A stretch of 62,082 bases of DNA from Parvularia atlantis (lineage: Eukaryota): the NCBI GenBank assembly GCA_943704415.1, contig CALSCO010001421.1, positions 1 to 62,082 of the forward strand. Direction: 5' to 3'. Below the pieces are notes generated by a model. It was not told where the DNA came from, made no database searches, and worked only from the letters and a program-made list of their open reading frames with translations. The translations under genes and the position numbers were made by a program. Shown in pieces: positions 48,176-62,054 of this stretch. The first letter of the stretch is position 1. Every line of letters starts with the position of its first letter.

Positions 48176-51100
48176 GCGGAAGCGGCAGCCGCACCTGCGC
48201 CGCCCACAGACTACGAGACGCGCCGCAGCCGCCTGCGCCTGTTCCGCAACCGCGGGCGCAGCGCGCAGCGCATGCGGGCCAGCGCGGCAACGCTCTCGAC
48301 CGGCGACCTGCGGCGCAACGAGGTCGTCAACCTCGTGGGCACGCGCATCGCCGCGAGCATGCACGGCCTGCCCCGCTTTGCCTCGGCGCACTTTCTCCAG
48401 ACGCTCGACACGACCTCAACGCTGACGCTGCAGTCGCTCGCTGCTGCCGCGGCCTCCGGGCCCGTGCGCCAGACTTCGTCAGGCTCGTTCAGGGTCGGCG
48501 GCGACGGCGAGTGTGGCGCTGCCCCCGCCGCCGCAGCGGCACCCGAGCAGCCGGCTGCAACGCCCGCCGTGCAGAAGGAGGACGTGGCGGTGACGGGCGA
48601 GTACGCGCGCGTGACAACGCTGCTCTCGGCGTCGCTGCTGCTTGTGACGTACATCGTAGACGACCCGGGCGTGTGGCCGGACGCCGCACCAGACACGCCC
48701 GCTGCGCCGGCACGCAGCGGCGTGACCGATGACGACAGCGACGGCGACGATGGCGACGCGAGCGACGTGGCGCGCTCGGCAGGGTCTTCGTTCGTCTCGT
48801 ACCAGCAGGGCCACCGTGCGAGCGATGACTCGCGCACGCCCGAGACGATCGAGATGACGGCGCTCGGCGGCACGCGCACCGCGGCTGCCGTCTCTGCTGC
48901 TGCCGCCGAGGCGCGGAGGCGCACGCCCGTCAGCCGCGTGTCGTCGGGCGAGGAGGCGCCGGGCAGTGCCAAGTCGCCCGCGTCGACCAAGCGCAGCCTC
49001 GAGCTGTCCCTCTCGGCCGTCGCGCCGCCGGTGTGGCGCATCGACCTCGTCGTGCACAACGCCGTGCTCAACTACGGCCCGTGGGCCGACCGGCAGCGCG
49101 TGCAGCTCATGGGCGTCTTCTTCCCGTTTGACTACGAGGACCTGCCCGTGCGCACCCACCCGCGCCCGGGCCATTTACGCCAACACGAGATGTTCCAGCT
49201 GTCGGTGCGCTTCGAGGGCGACTCGGTCTTCCGCATCCCGTTTCGCGAGGCGTCCAAGGACGCGGTCTTTGGCAGCAAGCCGTCGAGCAAGTGGGCCTCG
49301 CGGCGCTACGCCTGGCTCGATTGGCGCTTCCGCTCGGGCTCGACGCTGTACTACCGCATGCCGTACGTGTTTGACGCCGACGGCAACGCGGTGCAGCTGC
49401 GCGTGGACCTGCAGAAGTGCGCCATCGTCTCGTCCATCAACTACGCGCTCCTGGCCGACTCGGCGGCCACGCGGCTGACGGCGGCGATGCACTACCCCGT
49501 GCGCTGGAACGAGCCCAAGACGTGGCGCTACGACCTCGTGCTGCAGCAGCCCAAGGTGCGCGTTTTGCTGGTGATGGTGGCGACGGGGCGCTCACGCAGC
49601 GGCAGGTGTACCTCTTGCGCGATCACGCCACGCTGCTGCAGGACATGTCGCGCGACTTTAGCAGTGGCCCGGTCGAGACCCGCCCAACGTACTTTGCTCC
49701 AACGGGCTACCAGGTGACCGTGCGCTTCGAGGACGGCGTTACGGCGCTGCTGTGCGCCAACGAGGGCAATATCATCGACCAGCCCAACGACGACGCCGAG
49801 AACGTCTTCTTCCAGCTGCGCGCGCCGACCATCACCGTCGGCACGACGCTCGGGCCATACGGCCTGCGCGATGTCTACACGAGCGTGCCGTTCCGCGTCG
49901 AGGCGAGCGAGGGCGTGCAGGGCCACCTGCTGCTGCCGCCGTCGATCACGGCCGAGGAGTTCCGGCATAAGGACGAACCGGCGCCGGCCGTGGTCGTGGC
50001 GCGCTCGCTGTCGGTCGAGGGCGACTATACCTACTTCTATTCGGCCGAGCAGCGCATGCTGCCCGAGGCCTCGGTCGGCCCGCAGGTGGACACGTTCACG
50101 CTGACCGTCGGCGGCGAGGCCATCAAGGCCAACCTGTTTGGCATCTACCTGCACTACCTCCTCGTCCTGCGCGACAACTACATCGGCGCGCACATCAACT
50201 ACGTCACGTCGGACGAGTTCCGCGCGCAGCGGCCCGACAGCACCGCGCCGCGCCGCACTGCTGCGAGTGCGCCACCGATCGGCAGCGCCGGCGCCGGCGG
50301 CATCACGTCCGTGCTCTCGCTCGCCGACAGCGTCACGCCCGGCCCGCCAGCAAACGCGTTCGAGGTGCACGTCATGCTCGACCTGTGCGACATCGCCGCG
50401 TTCCTGCCCGCGCACCTGTACCAGCGGCAGGAGTGCATGTCGGTGCACACGCGCCGGCTGCGGCTCGACATGCGCTACGTCAGCCTGTTCATCCAGCTCA
50501 CGCTCGAGGTCGAGCCCGTCGTGCTCGGCGGCGAGGGCCTCCTGCGCCCAGACGACCTATTCCCGCTCTGGCCGCTTGAGTTGCCCCTGCCAGCCAACCG
50601 CACCAACTGGCCCGCGGTCAACACGCCCACGACACCGCGGGCACCGTGGCGCGTCGAGCGTGTGGGCATCGACCGCCAGCGCCTCGTCGTTACGCGGCTT
50701 GATCTCAACGTGTGCTTCATGCTCGGCCCGGGCGTCGCCGAGCCCACCTACCGCCAGAAGCTCGACGTGCACGTGGGCGAGATTCGGGGCGAGCTCGCGC
50801 TGGCGCAGGTCGACAAGCTGGCCGACTGGGCGCGCGCCTTTGTGTACCAGACGCGCAACCTCGACAACACGCTCGACGCCGACGCGGCGCTGCGTCCCGC
50901 GGACCCGAGCGACCTGCCCACGGTCGCGCAGCTCAAGGACTGGCAGGAGGCCGGCGTGACGCCCCCGTGCTTCGCGCTCATCTGGACCTCGGCCGACGTA
51001 CGCGTGGGACCCGTTCGCTGCGCTGTGGTCGCAACAAAGCCGCTCGTGGCCTCGCGGCCGCCGAGCGCGGCCGCCCTCAAGCACGACCACGTCGAGGCCA

Positions 51101-54100
51101 CCGCGCTCGAGTTGCGCCTGCCGCACGGCGCACGCCTCACGACGGACGATCGCGTCTGCGCGCTCTACCACTCGACAGTCGAAGCGCACGTCCCGAGTGT
51201 GACCTGCCGCCTGCTCGTGCAGACGGTGCGCCCTGTCGCCGGTGCGGCGCGGTCAAGCTGCTGACACCGAAACGTAGTCGCGTGTCGCCGCCGTGCCGCT
51301 GACGTGGCTGGAGGCCGCGTCGCTCTCGACAGCCTTGACGGTCTGCATGCGCTCCCGGCAGCCAGACTGGCGCGGGTACTACGAGCGCCAGCTGCTGTAC
51401 CTGACAATCAACGACGCGCTCACGCAGCGCCTCGCGGCAGTGCTCGCTCCCGCGGCCGGTGCGCGTGCCAGCAAAGCACTCAAGCCGCTTGCTGACACTG
51501 TTGTGCAGACACCGCAACGGGCGCGTCAATGCCCAGCGTCGTTGTGCCGGCGCGGCGAGCGTTCGTCGTGCGCGAAGCATCGCTGCTGACGCCGGTGCAC
51601 GCGAACGGTGCGGCCTCCGCACACAATGCGGGATCAGTGCTCAACGCGCGCACATCCAGGCGACGGCGACACAGAGCGCTCCAGCAGCGAGCACGATGGC
51701 TCGGACAACGGCGATCGGCTCGCTCGCGAGGGCGACGGTGTCAGTGACGACGGCGATGAGGACGACGGCAACGACGCCCGGGGCGCCAGCGAGCCCAGCG
51801 ACGTCGACGAGAGCGTGTCGGTCAAGGCCGCAGCCGCCACGAGGGCGCTGCCGCAGACCCGCCCCGTGCCCGCGCGACCGGCATCCCCGCTGCGTCCAGT
51901 GGTCGCCACCGCCTCGCTCGTCCCTGCAGCCACCAGAGCGCCCGCGAGGACTCGCACGGCCGCCGCCGACGAGGACGACTCCAGCTCAACCCAGTGCGTG
52001 CGGTCGGCAGACATTTTCCCTGTACTCACATCTCGCTGGGCGGCGTGCAGGACGTTCTACACGGCGTCGTCGTCACAGTCGTCCAGCGGCAGCCGTGTGC
52101 GCGCTTCCGACGAGCAGCGAGCGGCCACGACCGAGCCCCCCCGGCCGCCTGCAGCGTCAGCTGCCGCAGCAGAGGTGCCCAGCCACGTAAGCGTCACCGC
52201 GTCTGCGCTGCTGATGCCGCGCGCGCACGCGACGTACGCGCAGCCACCACCAGCGCCCCCGCCGCCACAGCCGCAGAAGCACAAGCAAATCGTTCTGAGC
52301 TGGCCCGGCGTCGCCGAGTACGCGCCGTACCTGCACGGCTTTGCGCCAGCGCAGCGCCGGCCCATCCAGGCCAACCGCGTCTTTGCTCCGCCCGTGGTGT
52401 TTGAGAGCCGGCAGTTGGAGGTGCGCTTCGCGGCGTGGTGTGTGGCGAACTGATCGTGCCTGTGTGCGCAGGGTGGCGAGACGGCGGACGCACCGTCTGA
52501 ACGTGCGCAGGCGCCCCCCCTGCGCGCTATGGCAGCGGCGCCGTGGCTGCTCGACGAGGCATGCACAGGGACGCACCTGGTCGCGCGCGTCGACACGGCC
52601 GTGGACGCCTTCCTGTGCCCGCTGGTGATGTCGTGCGCGCTCGTCTACCTGCAGCATGTGCTTGCGAAGGTGCGCCGCCCGTGCAGTCGCTGCTGCGTCG
52701 GCTGACCGTGTGGTGCCAGGTGCCCGACCCCGAGAGCATGCTGGACGGGCTGGAGACGGCCAACCTCGCGCAGCTGACCGTCGCGCCGCCGACACCGGGT
52801 CTGCACGCCACGCACGTCGACGTGTCCGTGCCCGCTGTGCGCGTGCACGTCGTGCAGCTGCTGCCGGCCGAGGCCGCCGTGCTCGGGCCGCTCGCGGGCT
52901 GTGCGGATGACGACGCCCGTCCTGGCGCCGGCCTGCTGGCTGCCGAGCTGGAGCTGCTGGGCGTCACGGCCGTGTACGCCGTGCAGACGCCGCAGCACGA
53001 CAAGGCGCACAGGCACGGCGACGTGATGGACTGGAGGGCGCACTGCAACTTTGGCATCGACCGCGTTGGAGTGGAGGTGCGGTGCGCGAGCGACCGCCCG
53101 CTGCCTGCCAAGCGTCTGGCGCGGCCGTCGGACCAGCTGCGAGGCGACCGAATCGCGACGGCGTTTCTGCCTGTCGTCGCCCAGGCGGACGTGCTCACGA
53201 TGGCCCTGGACGTGCGCCTGCAGCCGCACGAGCAGGAGCTCGTGTCGCCGACAAACGCTACGCTCGCAACCGTGAACGTGACGCTGGCCGAGGACGCGCT
53301 GGCGCCGCTAACCGTGGCGGCACTCGGGTGGGTGGAGCCGCTGGCCGCGGCCGTGACACCGATAGCGACGCACGTGAGCGAGCGCGGCCGGCGGCTCGAG
53401 CAGCGCCTGGTCGAGGCACTGGCACACGTCTCGCGCTACCTGCGCGCGCGGGACTTTTCGCTCGACCCGGCCTTCCTCGACCGCCCGTCCAACATGTGGC
53501 GCCTCGGACACCGGCACTTCCAAAACGACGACGCGTGGAAGCTGATGCACCACCTGCGCAACGTCTGGCGCCTGCTGTCGCGCTCGACGCGCGAGGGCCT
53601 CGTCTTCCGGCTGCACGACTTTGCGCAGCGGCACGCCGTCGGCGAGAGCGTGGCTAAGGCGCTCGAGATCGACGCGCCATCGGACGCCGCCGTGGTGGAC
53701 GTGCTTTTTCGCCGGGCCGCGCGGCTCATGCGCGACTGGCGCACGTGGGACGTGGACAACCTTGCGCGCTGCCGGCTGCTGCAGACGGTGTACGAACGCC
53801 CGGCCGCGAAGCCGCAGTCGTCGACCTCGGTCGGCGCGGCGTGGCTCGCGGCAGAGCAGCGTATCGACGTCAACCTCGGACGGTGGACAGCCGTGCTAAT
53901 GCTCGAGCGCGAGCGGAATGATTCGCAGAGCGACAACGACGACGACGAGACGGTGCTGCGCGCGTTCGAGTGTGTGCTGCATCCGACGCGCCTGCACGCA
54001 ACGCTGACCAGCGCGGCATTGGGTGCCGCGACGTCTCGTCGGTCGTTGGCCGTGATGGCGACCTGCGCGGGCGTGCGCGTGGACACCGAGCCCGTGCTGC

Positions 54101-54697
54101 TCAACCTCTTCCCGCTGCTCGACCACGTCGCGCATATGTACTACGACCAGCGCACGGTGATGCTGCAGCAGGAGGCCAACGGCAACGCGAGGCCCGCCGT
54201 GACGTTGTGGGGATCGCCGCTGCGCAAGCGTCGCAGCGTCGCCCACACCGCCCGCGGCACTGCGGCCGACGACACACGACCGGCCACGGCGCGCTTAACA
54301 GCGCCCACGCAGCCGCCGACGTCGTCGCGCGGGCTCAACGCTTCGACGTATCGTAGCCAGCCGAACGAGCGCGAGGAGTTTGAGATGGGGCCCGTCTCTC
54401 ACCGCTCAACGGGCAGCGGGCGACCCATCGCACTATCGGCGTCTGCGAGTGGCCTCCGCCCCGTGGCGCTGTCGGCATCGGGCACCGGACTGCGTCCCGT
54501 GGCACTCTCGCCATCTGGGGGCGGTTTGCGCCCGCTGTCGCTGTCGGCCTCGGTCGGCGATGTCGCGGCTGCCGTCCAGCGCGAGGCGAGCACGACCCGC
54601 CGACCGCAGACGCAGACCGACCGCATCGGCGTGAGCCCGTTCATGCGCGAACTGTCAGACGCGCTCGACGGGGCTGACGAGGGCCTGTGGGCGCATC

Positions 54698-54734
<37 letters not shown>

Positions 54735-57700
54735 CGATGGCCCCACAGACGACGGTCGCCTCGAGCAGCTCGCGACGGCGCACTCGCTCACGGAGGCGGT
54801 CGAGGGGGTCGACGTGCGTGCGACGCAGATGCCGCTCAAGGACCACGACGGCACCGCCAAGCCGCCGACTGTCGACGCCAGCGCAGTGCCGTCTCCTGCA
54901 GCCACACGGCCCGTGCAGCTGCTCGGCTTGCCAGCGGACGTCGCCTACAGAGTCGTGCTTCAGCTCGAGTCCTCGCACGTTGTCGCGCGCCTACCGCCCC
55001 TCGCCGCCACTCTGTCGGCCGGCGCCATCGTGCTCGGGCTTGAGAGTGGCGCCAACTGCCCAATACCGGAAGCCGAGGCCGGCGCCGCGGACGACGCAGA
55101 GCATGCTGCGGCCAACGATACGCCCGCGCCCGCGCCGTCGCCGCCGCAGCAGATGGCGACCGCGACCGCATCGTGCCGCAGCATCAACCTCGAGCTCGCC
55201 GGAAAGCTGCCGGCGGCGCCGGCGGCATCGGAGAACGGCGACCGCGGCGGCGGCGGCGACGAGGCGGCTGGGCCGCGCAGCTTTGTCGTCGCGTCGGTGC
55301 GGATGGGGCCGGTGTGCCTGCTGTACTGCTCGGTGATCAGCGCGGCGACGCCGGCAGCGCACGGCTCGATGTTTGCGACGGTGAGCGCGCTGCAGCTGGA
55401 CAGCCCGACTGACTTCTTGCTGCTGCTCGAGCTGTTTGACGCGTCCCAGCGCTCCTTCCGCGAGGTATTCGCGTTCCAGGCCGCGCACTACGCAGCGGTG
55501 CAGCGCAAGCGGCTCAAGCAGCAGCGCCGACGCGCCCAGGAGAGCCCGCTGGCGAGCCCTGCGGTCGCGGCCAAGCCGGCACCGCCACCGGTGCGCACAC
55601 GCTCCATGTCAACGTGGGCGCTCAGCCAGCTGTCGATGCCGATGCCGGACGACGCGGGCGTCGACGGTGGGCGTGCGGCCGCGCCTAACGGCAAGGGCGC
55701 CGTCGGTGACGACAACACCAAGCGCGTGCGGCTGCTGCGACTGGACGTGCGGCTGCTCGTGCAGGCCGTCGGGCTGCGCCTGCGGCCGCTGCCGTCGCTC
55801 GTGGTCGAGTACAGCCTGCCGTCGGTGTTTGCGGAGCTGGCGACGCACCCGGTCGCGGGGCAGATCATGCGTGCGACGGGCCGCGCGGCACCGCAGAAGC
55901 TGTCTGCGACCGTGTCGCGGCCGTCGTCGCTCGACGGGGCCGCGGGGTACCTCGACCGCCTGCCTACCAGCTCGCGGCGCATCCTGGAGACGCACTTGGA
56001 CACGCCGATCACGATGACCGTACCGGGCGTGAAGGGCTCGGGCGTGCTGCGCGGCACGACGGAAGAGGGCCCGGCAGGCCCCGCAGCGAGCGCCTTTGTG
56101 AGCACGGCCGTGGTCGAGCCGCTGCAGATCAGCCTGCGCGAGGACCTACTCTACCGGCTGCTGTCGGGCCAGGCAATGCTTTCGGGCGAGCTCAACGCGC
56201 TCTTCAAGGCCGCCGTGCGCTACCGCCGCCAGCAGAAGGCCGAGAAGCGCCGGCGCCGGCTGCTGAAGCAGCAGCGGGCGCACGACGCCGAGCAGCTGCA
56301 GCTGCAGCAACAGCTGTCGTCGCCGGCCACGGCCACGCCGCCGGTCGCGGGCATACAGCCGCCCGCAGAGCCGCCGGGCCTCGCGCTGGACGACAGCGCC
56401 GCCGTCTCTGTCACCGCGACGGTCTTCGTGCGCCGCATGGGCCTGAGCCTAATGAGCCCCGCGTGCACAGCGATCCTGCACACGGACCTCATGCGCGCGC
56501 ACTACTCGTCTGCGCCGCCTGTGCCGAGCGACGGCTTTCGCGCCGACGTCGTGCTCCGCTCGCTCTCGGTGGCGCTTGTGCCGGCGAGCGGCGGGACAGC
56601 GAGTGGCGCAAGCTTTGACGAGACGCAGCTGCGTGCGGTGGCGCAGGCGTACCTGCTCCTCGACGTGTCTGCGCACAACGCGGTCGACAGCGTCGGGGCG
56701 GTGCAGGCGGCCGCACCGGCAGCGGCGTGCCTGGCCGTGACGCGTCTGCACGGCATGGTGCAGCCAGGCGCGCCGCGGCTGGGTGCGGCGCTGTGGGTGC
56801 ACTACGCGCAGCGCGTGGCGTGGGCGCAGGCCGTGTCTGAGTTCCTCCTGCACGAGTCGTCGCTTGTGCCGGCCGCGATGCGGGCCTTCCGCAAGTGGCA
56901 AGGGCTCAATCCGGACGGCTCGGCGCCTAGCAGCGGCGGCACCGGCAGTGGTCGTGCGCGCCGTTCCCTCGCGGCGCAGCGCTCAGCGTCGCTCTCGTCC
57001 CTGCCGTTGCAGATGGCGCCCTCGTTCCTCTCGTCGCGCCTGCTTGTGCTGGAGTTGTCGTCGGTCGTGCTGGCGCTGTCACTGCGGGCGGCGCCGCGCA
57101 GCCGGCGGGGCGCGCGAGTGTTTGTGGTGGATGAGCCGGCGCCGGCGCTAACGCTGTCGATCGACAACCTCCGGGCGACCTCGCGCGAGGGCCTCGGCTC
57201 GCTGCAGGTGTTTCTGCGCATGCTGTCGATCCAGGTCGTGGACCAGTTCAACCCCAACTCCACCGCGAGCTTTGCGCTCGCTTCGGCCAAGCCCGCACCC
57301 GCGCCCGAGCCCGTCGCCGCCGCCGCGGGCAGCGTGCCAGCCGGCTCCGGCTCCGGCTCGGGCAAGCAGCAGCCCAAGGACGGCGAGCACGACTACCGCA
57401 ACATGGTCTGCTTGCCGCACCTCGAGGGCCGCCTGCGCTCGCAGTCCGAGCTCGGCCCGTCTGGCCAGCGCGTGCGCATGACGGTGGACGCCAAGGTGCG
57501 ATTTGCCTGTACCGTGTGTTGCGCGTGCAGGGGCTGACGCGTGCGTACAGGCTGCCGGCCTCTGCGTGTCGGCCGACCCGGACCTCGCGTCGCGCGTCCT
57601 CGACCTGACCGACGTGCTCGTGGCCGACAGCGAGGTGTGCCTGCCGGGCGCAATGCGTTGCAGGTCGTGTCTAAGTGCAGCTCTTTTGCGCAGCGCATGT

Positions 57701-60700
57701 TCCAGATGTGGAGCGAGAGCGCGGGCACGATTGCGTCGCAGGGCTTTGAGCTGCCGACGACCGCACAGGCTGCGAGCCGACCAGCCGTTGAGCCAACGGG
57801 AGTGTTGCCGTCGTCCTCGCAGGCGCTCGTGACCGCGGCGACCGAGCTGGTCCCTCTCGACGTCGTGTGCCACTTCCAGGTGCGTCGAGCGCAGCCCGTC
57901 CGTGCGCGGGCACGCTCACGGCAGCGGCCGGCAGGTCGACGAGGGCTACTGCCACCTGTACGCGGTCACGCCGGCCGACGCCAATAACGAGCAGCTGCTG
58001 TATCTGCTGTCGTCGTCGACCGCTGACGCGTGCGTGCCGTGTGCCACCCGTGCTTGTGCGCCCACTAGCCCTCAACTGTGCACGCACGCAGCATGGCCCT
58101 GGCCACGTCCAAGCCCGGCATGTCGCCGCTGCCGTCGTCGTCGTCGTCTGGCCTGCTCGGTGGGGGGCTGGGCGTGCTGCCGGTGACGTCGATCGTGGAC
58201 GTGAAGGACAAGATCTCGCTGCCGTCAGTGACGATGACGGTCACGTACGGCGGTGTGCTGGGCGAGGCGGACCCGCTGCTGCTGCCGTCGGGTGTGCTAT
58301 CGAGGTGCGCGTGGTCGTCGCTCATGCGCGTGCGCGCTTGCTGACGCTCACTCACGCGCCCACAGCCCCGCACGCAGCACTTTCTTCGACATCCGCATCC
58401 ACTCGTCCATCTCGGTCCTGTACTCGCCCGTGCGCGTCTTCGTGGACCAGGTGCTGCGGCGCCTGCGCTCGCGCAGCTCGCGCGTGCTGGCAGACCGGGC
58501 GGAGCAGCAGCAGACATACTCCACCTCGACCGCCGTCGCAAGCACCGGAGCACCACTTGCGGCCGAAACGGGCCTGCAGGACGACACCACGGGCCTGCGC
58601 GCGCGTGCGGCCTCAGGCGCGGCCTGTCTGCCGAAGCGGCGCCTGCTCGACCTGCGCAGCACGAGCGCGATCCTGCGCGTGGAGCCGTCGCGCCTGGACT
58701 TTGACTGCCAGCCGCAGGCCAAGGTCATCTGCTCGATCGAGCTGGGCGGGATGGACCTGGTGCTGACGCAAAACACGAGCGTGGACACGGGCCGGGCGTT
58801 CCAGGCGCTGAGCGAGATGCCGACGGAGCGCGGCGCGGCGATCGCGCCCTCGAGCATCCTCAGCACGTTCACGTTCTCGGCTCAGCTGCCAGACACGCGC
58901 ATGCGCCTCTTCCACGCGTTCTCGACGAGCGAGCAGGGCGACTTTATGCGCGCAGAGCAGCGCGGGCTCAAGCTGCTGCTCGTGCAGACGCCGACCGTGT
59001 TCCTCGTCAACAGCAAGCTGGCCAAGACGGGCTCGGCGGCCAGCACGGGCTTCCCGCTCAGCAAGAGCTCGTGGCTGATGTCGGACGTGGTCGTGGACGA
59101 GTATGCGCTCGTGGTGGACGGCCTCGTGCAGCGGCTCAACCTCGAGGTGAACGTGCGCCAAGTCGCCGACTGGACTGCGTTTGCGCGGGTGTGGCTGCCC
59201 GGCGACGCCGCGGGCCAGGACAGCACGCTGGCCACGCCCCTCAACGAGCGGCGCCGCACGCGCATGGTGCGCAGAGCGACTTCGGGCTGTGCGCAGCGCG
59301 ATGCTGACCCGTGCGCCGCGCAGGTCACTCGCGAGCTGATCCGCCGCCGCGCCAGCCGCCGTCGCAAGTCTGACGGTGCCAGCAACGACTCGTCGGAGGA
59401 CGGCCTCGACGACAAACAGGGCGAGGACGAGGACGGCGACGGCGACGGCGACTTTGTCGACTTTGCCAGCAGCGACGGCGACAGCGAGCATGACGACGAC
59501 GGGGCGCAGGATGAGGACGACGTGGACGAAGACGACGACGAGGAGGAGAAGACTATGAACGACGAGGAGGACGGCTCGCAAGCTCGCCGCAAGCGAGAGC
59601 GCTTGTTCTCGGTCAACGTGCTTGCGTCGCCGGCGACGCCCGAGCTGCCGGATGCATCGGTTTCGGTCTCGACGATGTCGCTGGGCAGCCTCGGTGTGGC
59701 CAGCACGACCAGCGCGCTGCAGCTCGCCGGGCAATCTGCGTCGGGACAGAGCCATGCGGTGGAGACAGCGCCGCTGCTGCCGTCGGCGCTGATCCTGGTC
59801 AACGTGCGCGTGGGCGACATTACGATCGGCGCGGACCTCGGCCACGCGATCGGCAAGGTGGTGACGGTGGTGCAGGGCAGCACTGTGGCCGTGCAGCGGC
59901 TCCCGCCCGTGCGCGAGGTGCAGCGGCACAACCGCGGCAAGCCCCCGTTCGCGCAGATCTTGCGCATGACCGCGTCGATGCCGCTCGTGGCGCTGACGGC
60001 CGAGGGACGCCTCGAGGGACGCGTGGTCGTGCAGTCGCTCAGTGCCGTCACGAGCGTCGCCAGCACGTACCGCAGTGCCGGCGCCGATCCTGCCGCCGCG
60101 CCGCCGGCCCCGGTCAACTCTGCGCAGCTGGTGCTGAAGCGGCTCGAGTCGCACCTGCGGTACAATGCGCAACGCATCCTGTGGCTTGAGATGGACCCGA
60201 TCGTCGCGACGGTGACGGACCGATGGCAGCCGCTGGCGGTGGCGCCCGGGGCCGCGCGCACTTGGGACGTTGCGCTCAAGGTCGAGGTCGTGTTCTCGGG
60301 CATCGCGCTGCAACTGTCGCGCGACACCGCGCCCTCGTTCATCAAGATTGCGCAGCGCCTGATGGACATTGCGACCGACAAGCCCGCGCACCACCACAAC
60401 AACCACAACCACCACCACCACCACCACCACCACTTGCAGGGCCGGCCGCAGCCGCAGCAGTCGCAGCAGGCGTCGACGGGACCAGCGCAGCTTGTTGCCG
60501 CGGCCGTGCGCGCCAAGGCGGCGAGCGGCGGCACACCTGGCGACCTCGCGCGCCAGGCCGCCCTCAACCGGACCAGCAAAGCGCTGGCCGAGGCGAGCAT
60601 GCGCCGCGACAAGCCGCTGCCGCCGCGCCTGGACATGCGCCACGTGTCGTCGCTGAGCAGTGGCAGCACCGAGGACGACGAGCCGGGAGAGCCGCGCGCG

Positions 60701-61840
60701 CCCGTGCCGGTGCAGGACTTTGTCGACTGGCTGTGCACGCCGACGCGGCGCCTGTCGCTCAACCTGGACGTGCGCGGGACGAACGTGCAGCTGATGTTGT
60801 TCAAGTTCTCGCTGATGGACCCGGACGGCGTGGTGGTGACGATGGAGTCGTTTGCGCTCGAGCTGCGCATCGACCCGACGTCGGCGCAGGCCATGCGCGA
60901 GGCCGCGGCGAGGCAGCCGCCGGCGAAGGACGATGAGGACGGGGGGGACGACGAGTCGATCGACAACGAGACCCTGCTGGCCGCGGCCGACGCGCTCGAG
61001 GACGAAGTCACGAGGGCCGGCGAGGCGCCCGAGGCCGCGACGGGGCACCGCGAACTTACGCTGACGATCGGGTCGACGTCGGTGCAAAAGGCCTCGTTCG
61101 CCAAGTCGGGCACGGCGGCGGCGGCGGCGGCGGCGGCGGTGACCAACCTGCAGCGGCGCAGCGCAGGCGCGGTACGGCTCATCACGGTGGAAGACTTGGC
61201 GGTGGTGACGCGCGCGCGGCCGATCTTTGCCATGCCGCCGTCGATCGTCAACATGGAGACATGGCAGACGCGCCGCTCGGCCGCGGTCGTGTACACGTTC
61301 CTGACCGAGTTTGACGGCACGGTCGACATCTCGCTCAACGTGGCGCAGTACCAGTGCGTGCGCTGCGTGTCTCTGCGCGGCGCGACAACTAACCGCGCCA
61401 CGCCCATGCGACATAGGTTTCTGCAGGACCTCGCCACACTGTACGTGGCGCAGATCGCCAAGGCGCAGCACCTCGGTGTGATGCCGATCGAGGCGCCCAC
61501 CCCGGCGACGGCCGCACCGCGCGCGGACGAGCCAGCGGCGACAGCACCCGGGCCGCCCGCGGCAGGCACGGCGCTGACGTTTGTGCCGCTGCTTCCGATG
61601 CAGGTGCACCCTATTGTGCACGGTCGTGCACGTACTAAGGCGCCGGCGCGCATGCAGCTCGAGCCACAGCTGGCGGCGCTGGGCGAGGCGACGCCGCCGC
61701 TGGACAAGGTGCTGTCGTGGCTGGGCGTGCGCCGCGAGACGATCCCGGCGTCGGTGCACACGGGCGTGGCGCTACCGCTGCAGGACCTCACGCAGGCGCT
61801 GGCCAGCGCCGCGCTGCGCCTCGCGCACCAGCCGTTGTAA
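46775..61840 (+). CDS. CSF1: Csf1/BLTP1 (KIAA1109) bridge-like lipid transfer protein, ~4,700 aa; the true start may be 46904
   Basis: TM then WRKYKTYVEF...LSILGGRVLF...GYITFRYWL, EYFVYNRSEAYD, NYGPWADRQR, RIPFREASKD, NIIDQPND, WKLMHHLR, C-terminal LEPQLAALGEATPPL. About 14 introns. Confidence 0.9.
54421..54564 (+). repeat. Four degenerate 36-bp (12-aa) tandem repeats inside Csf1
   Basis: RPIALSASASGL / RPVALSASGTGL / RPVALSPSGGGL / RPLSLSASVGDV. Confidence 0.75.
60389..60433 (+). repeat. CAC/AAC repeat encoding a His/Asn tract in Csf1
   Basis: HHHNNHNHHHHHHHH, read directly. Confidence 0.8.
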
Positions 61841-61928
61841 GTTAGCTTGTACGTACGTTCGAGCAAGTGGGAGAGCGGGCAAAGCGGCCTGTGCAGGGAG
61901 TGGGAGACGGCGACGAGCGTGCGGTCCG

Positions 61929-62054
61929 TCAGATCATGATCTCGCGTAGCAGGGCCTCGTCCGGGTTGAGCCGCGCAAACTCGTGCTGGTCCCAGACATC
62001 GTTGGGCATGAGGCGCTGGCACATTTTGTCGATGGCGATGACAGACAGGCACGT
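61929..62054 (-). CDS. Last coding exon of an unknown gene entering from the right edge
   Basis: CCAG acceptor, then TCLSVIAIDKMCQRLMPNDVWDQHEFARLNPDEALLREIMI* with typical codon usage. Confidence 0.6.
   Translation of the reverse strand, partial: TCLSVIAIDKMCQRLMPNDVWDQHEFARLNPDEALLREIMI

Noticed and set aside
58613..62052. Two >1000-aa minus-strand ORFs (58613-61759, 58882-62052) and many similar antisense ORFs
   Set aside because: They are shadows of the Csf1 coding strand. Stop codons are rare at this GC content and codon bias, and the translations are low-complexity Arg/Ala/Ser with no motifs.
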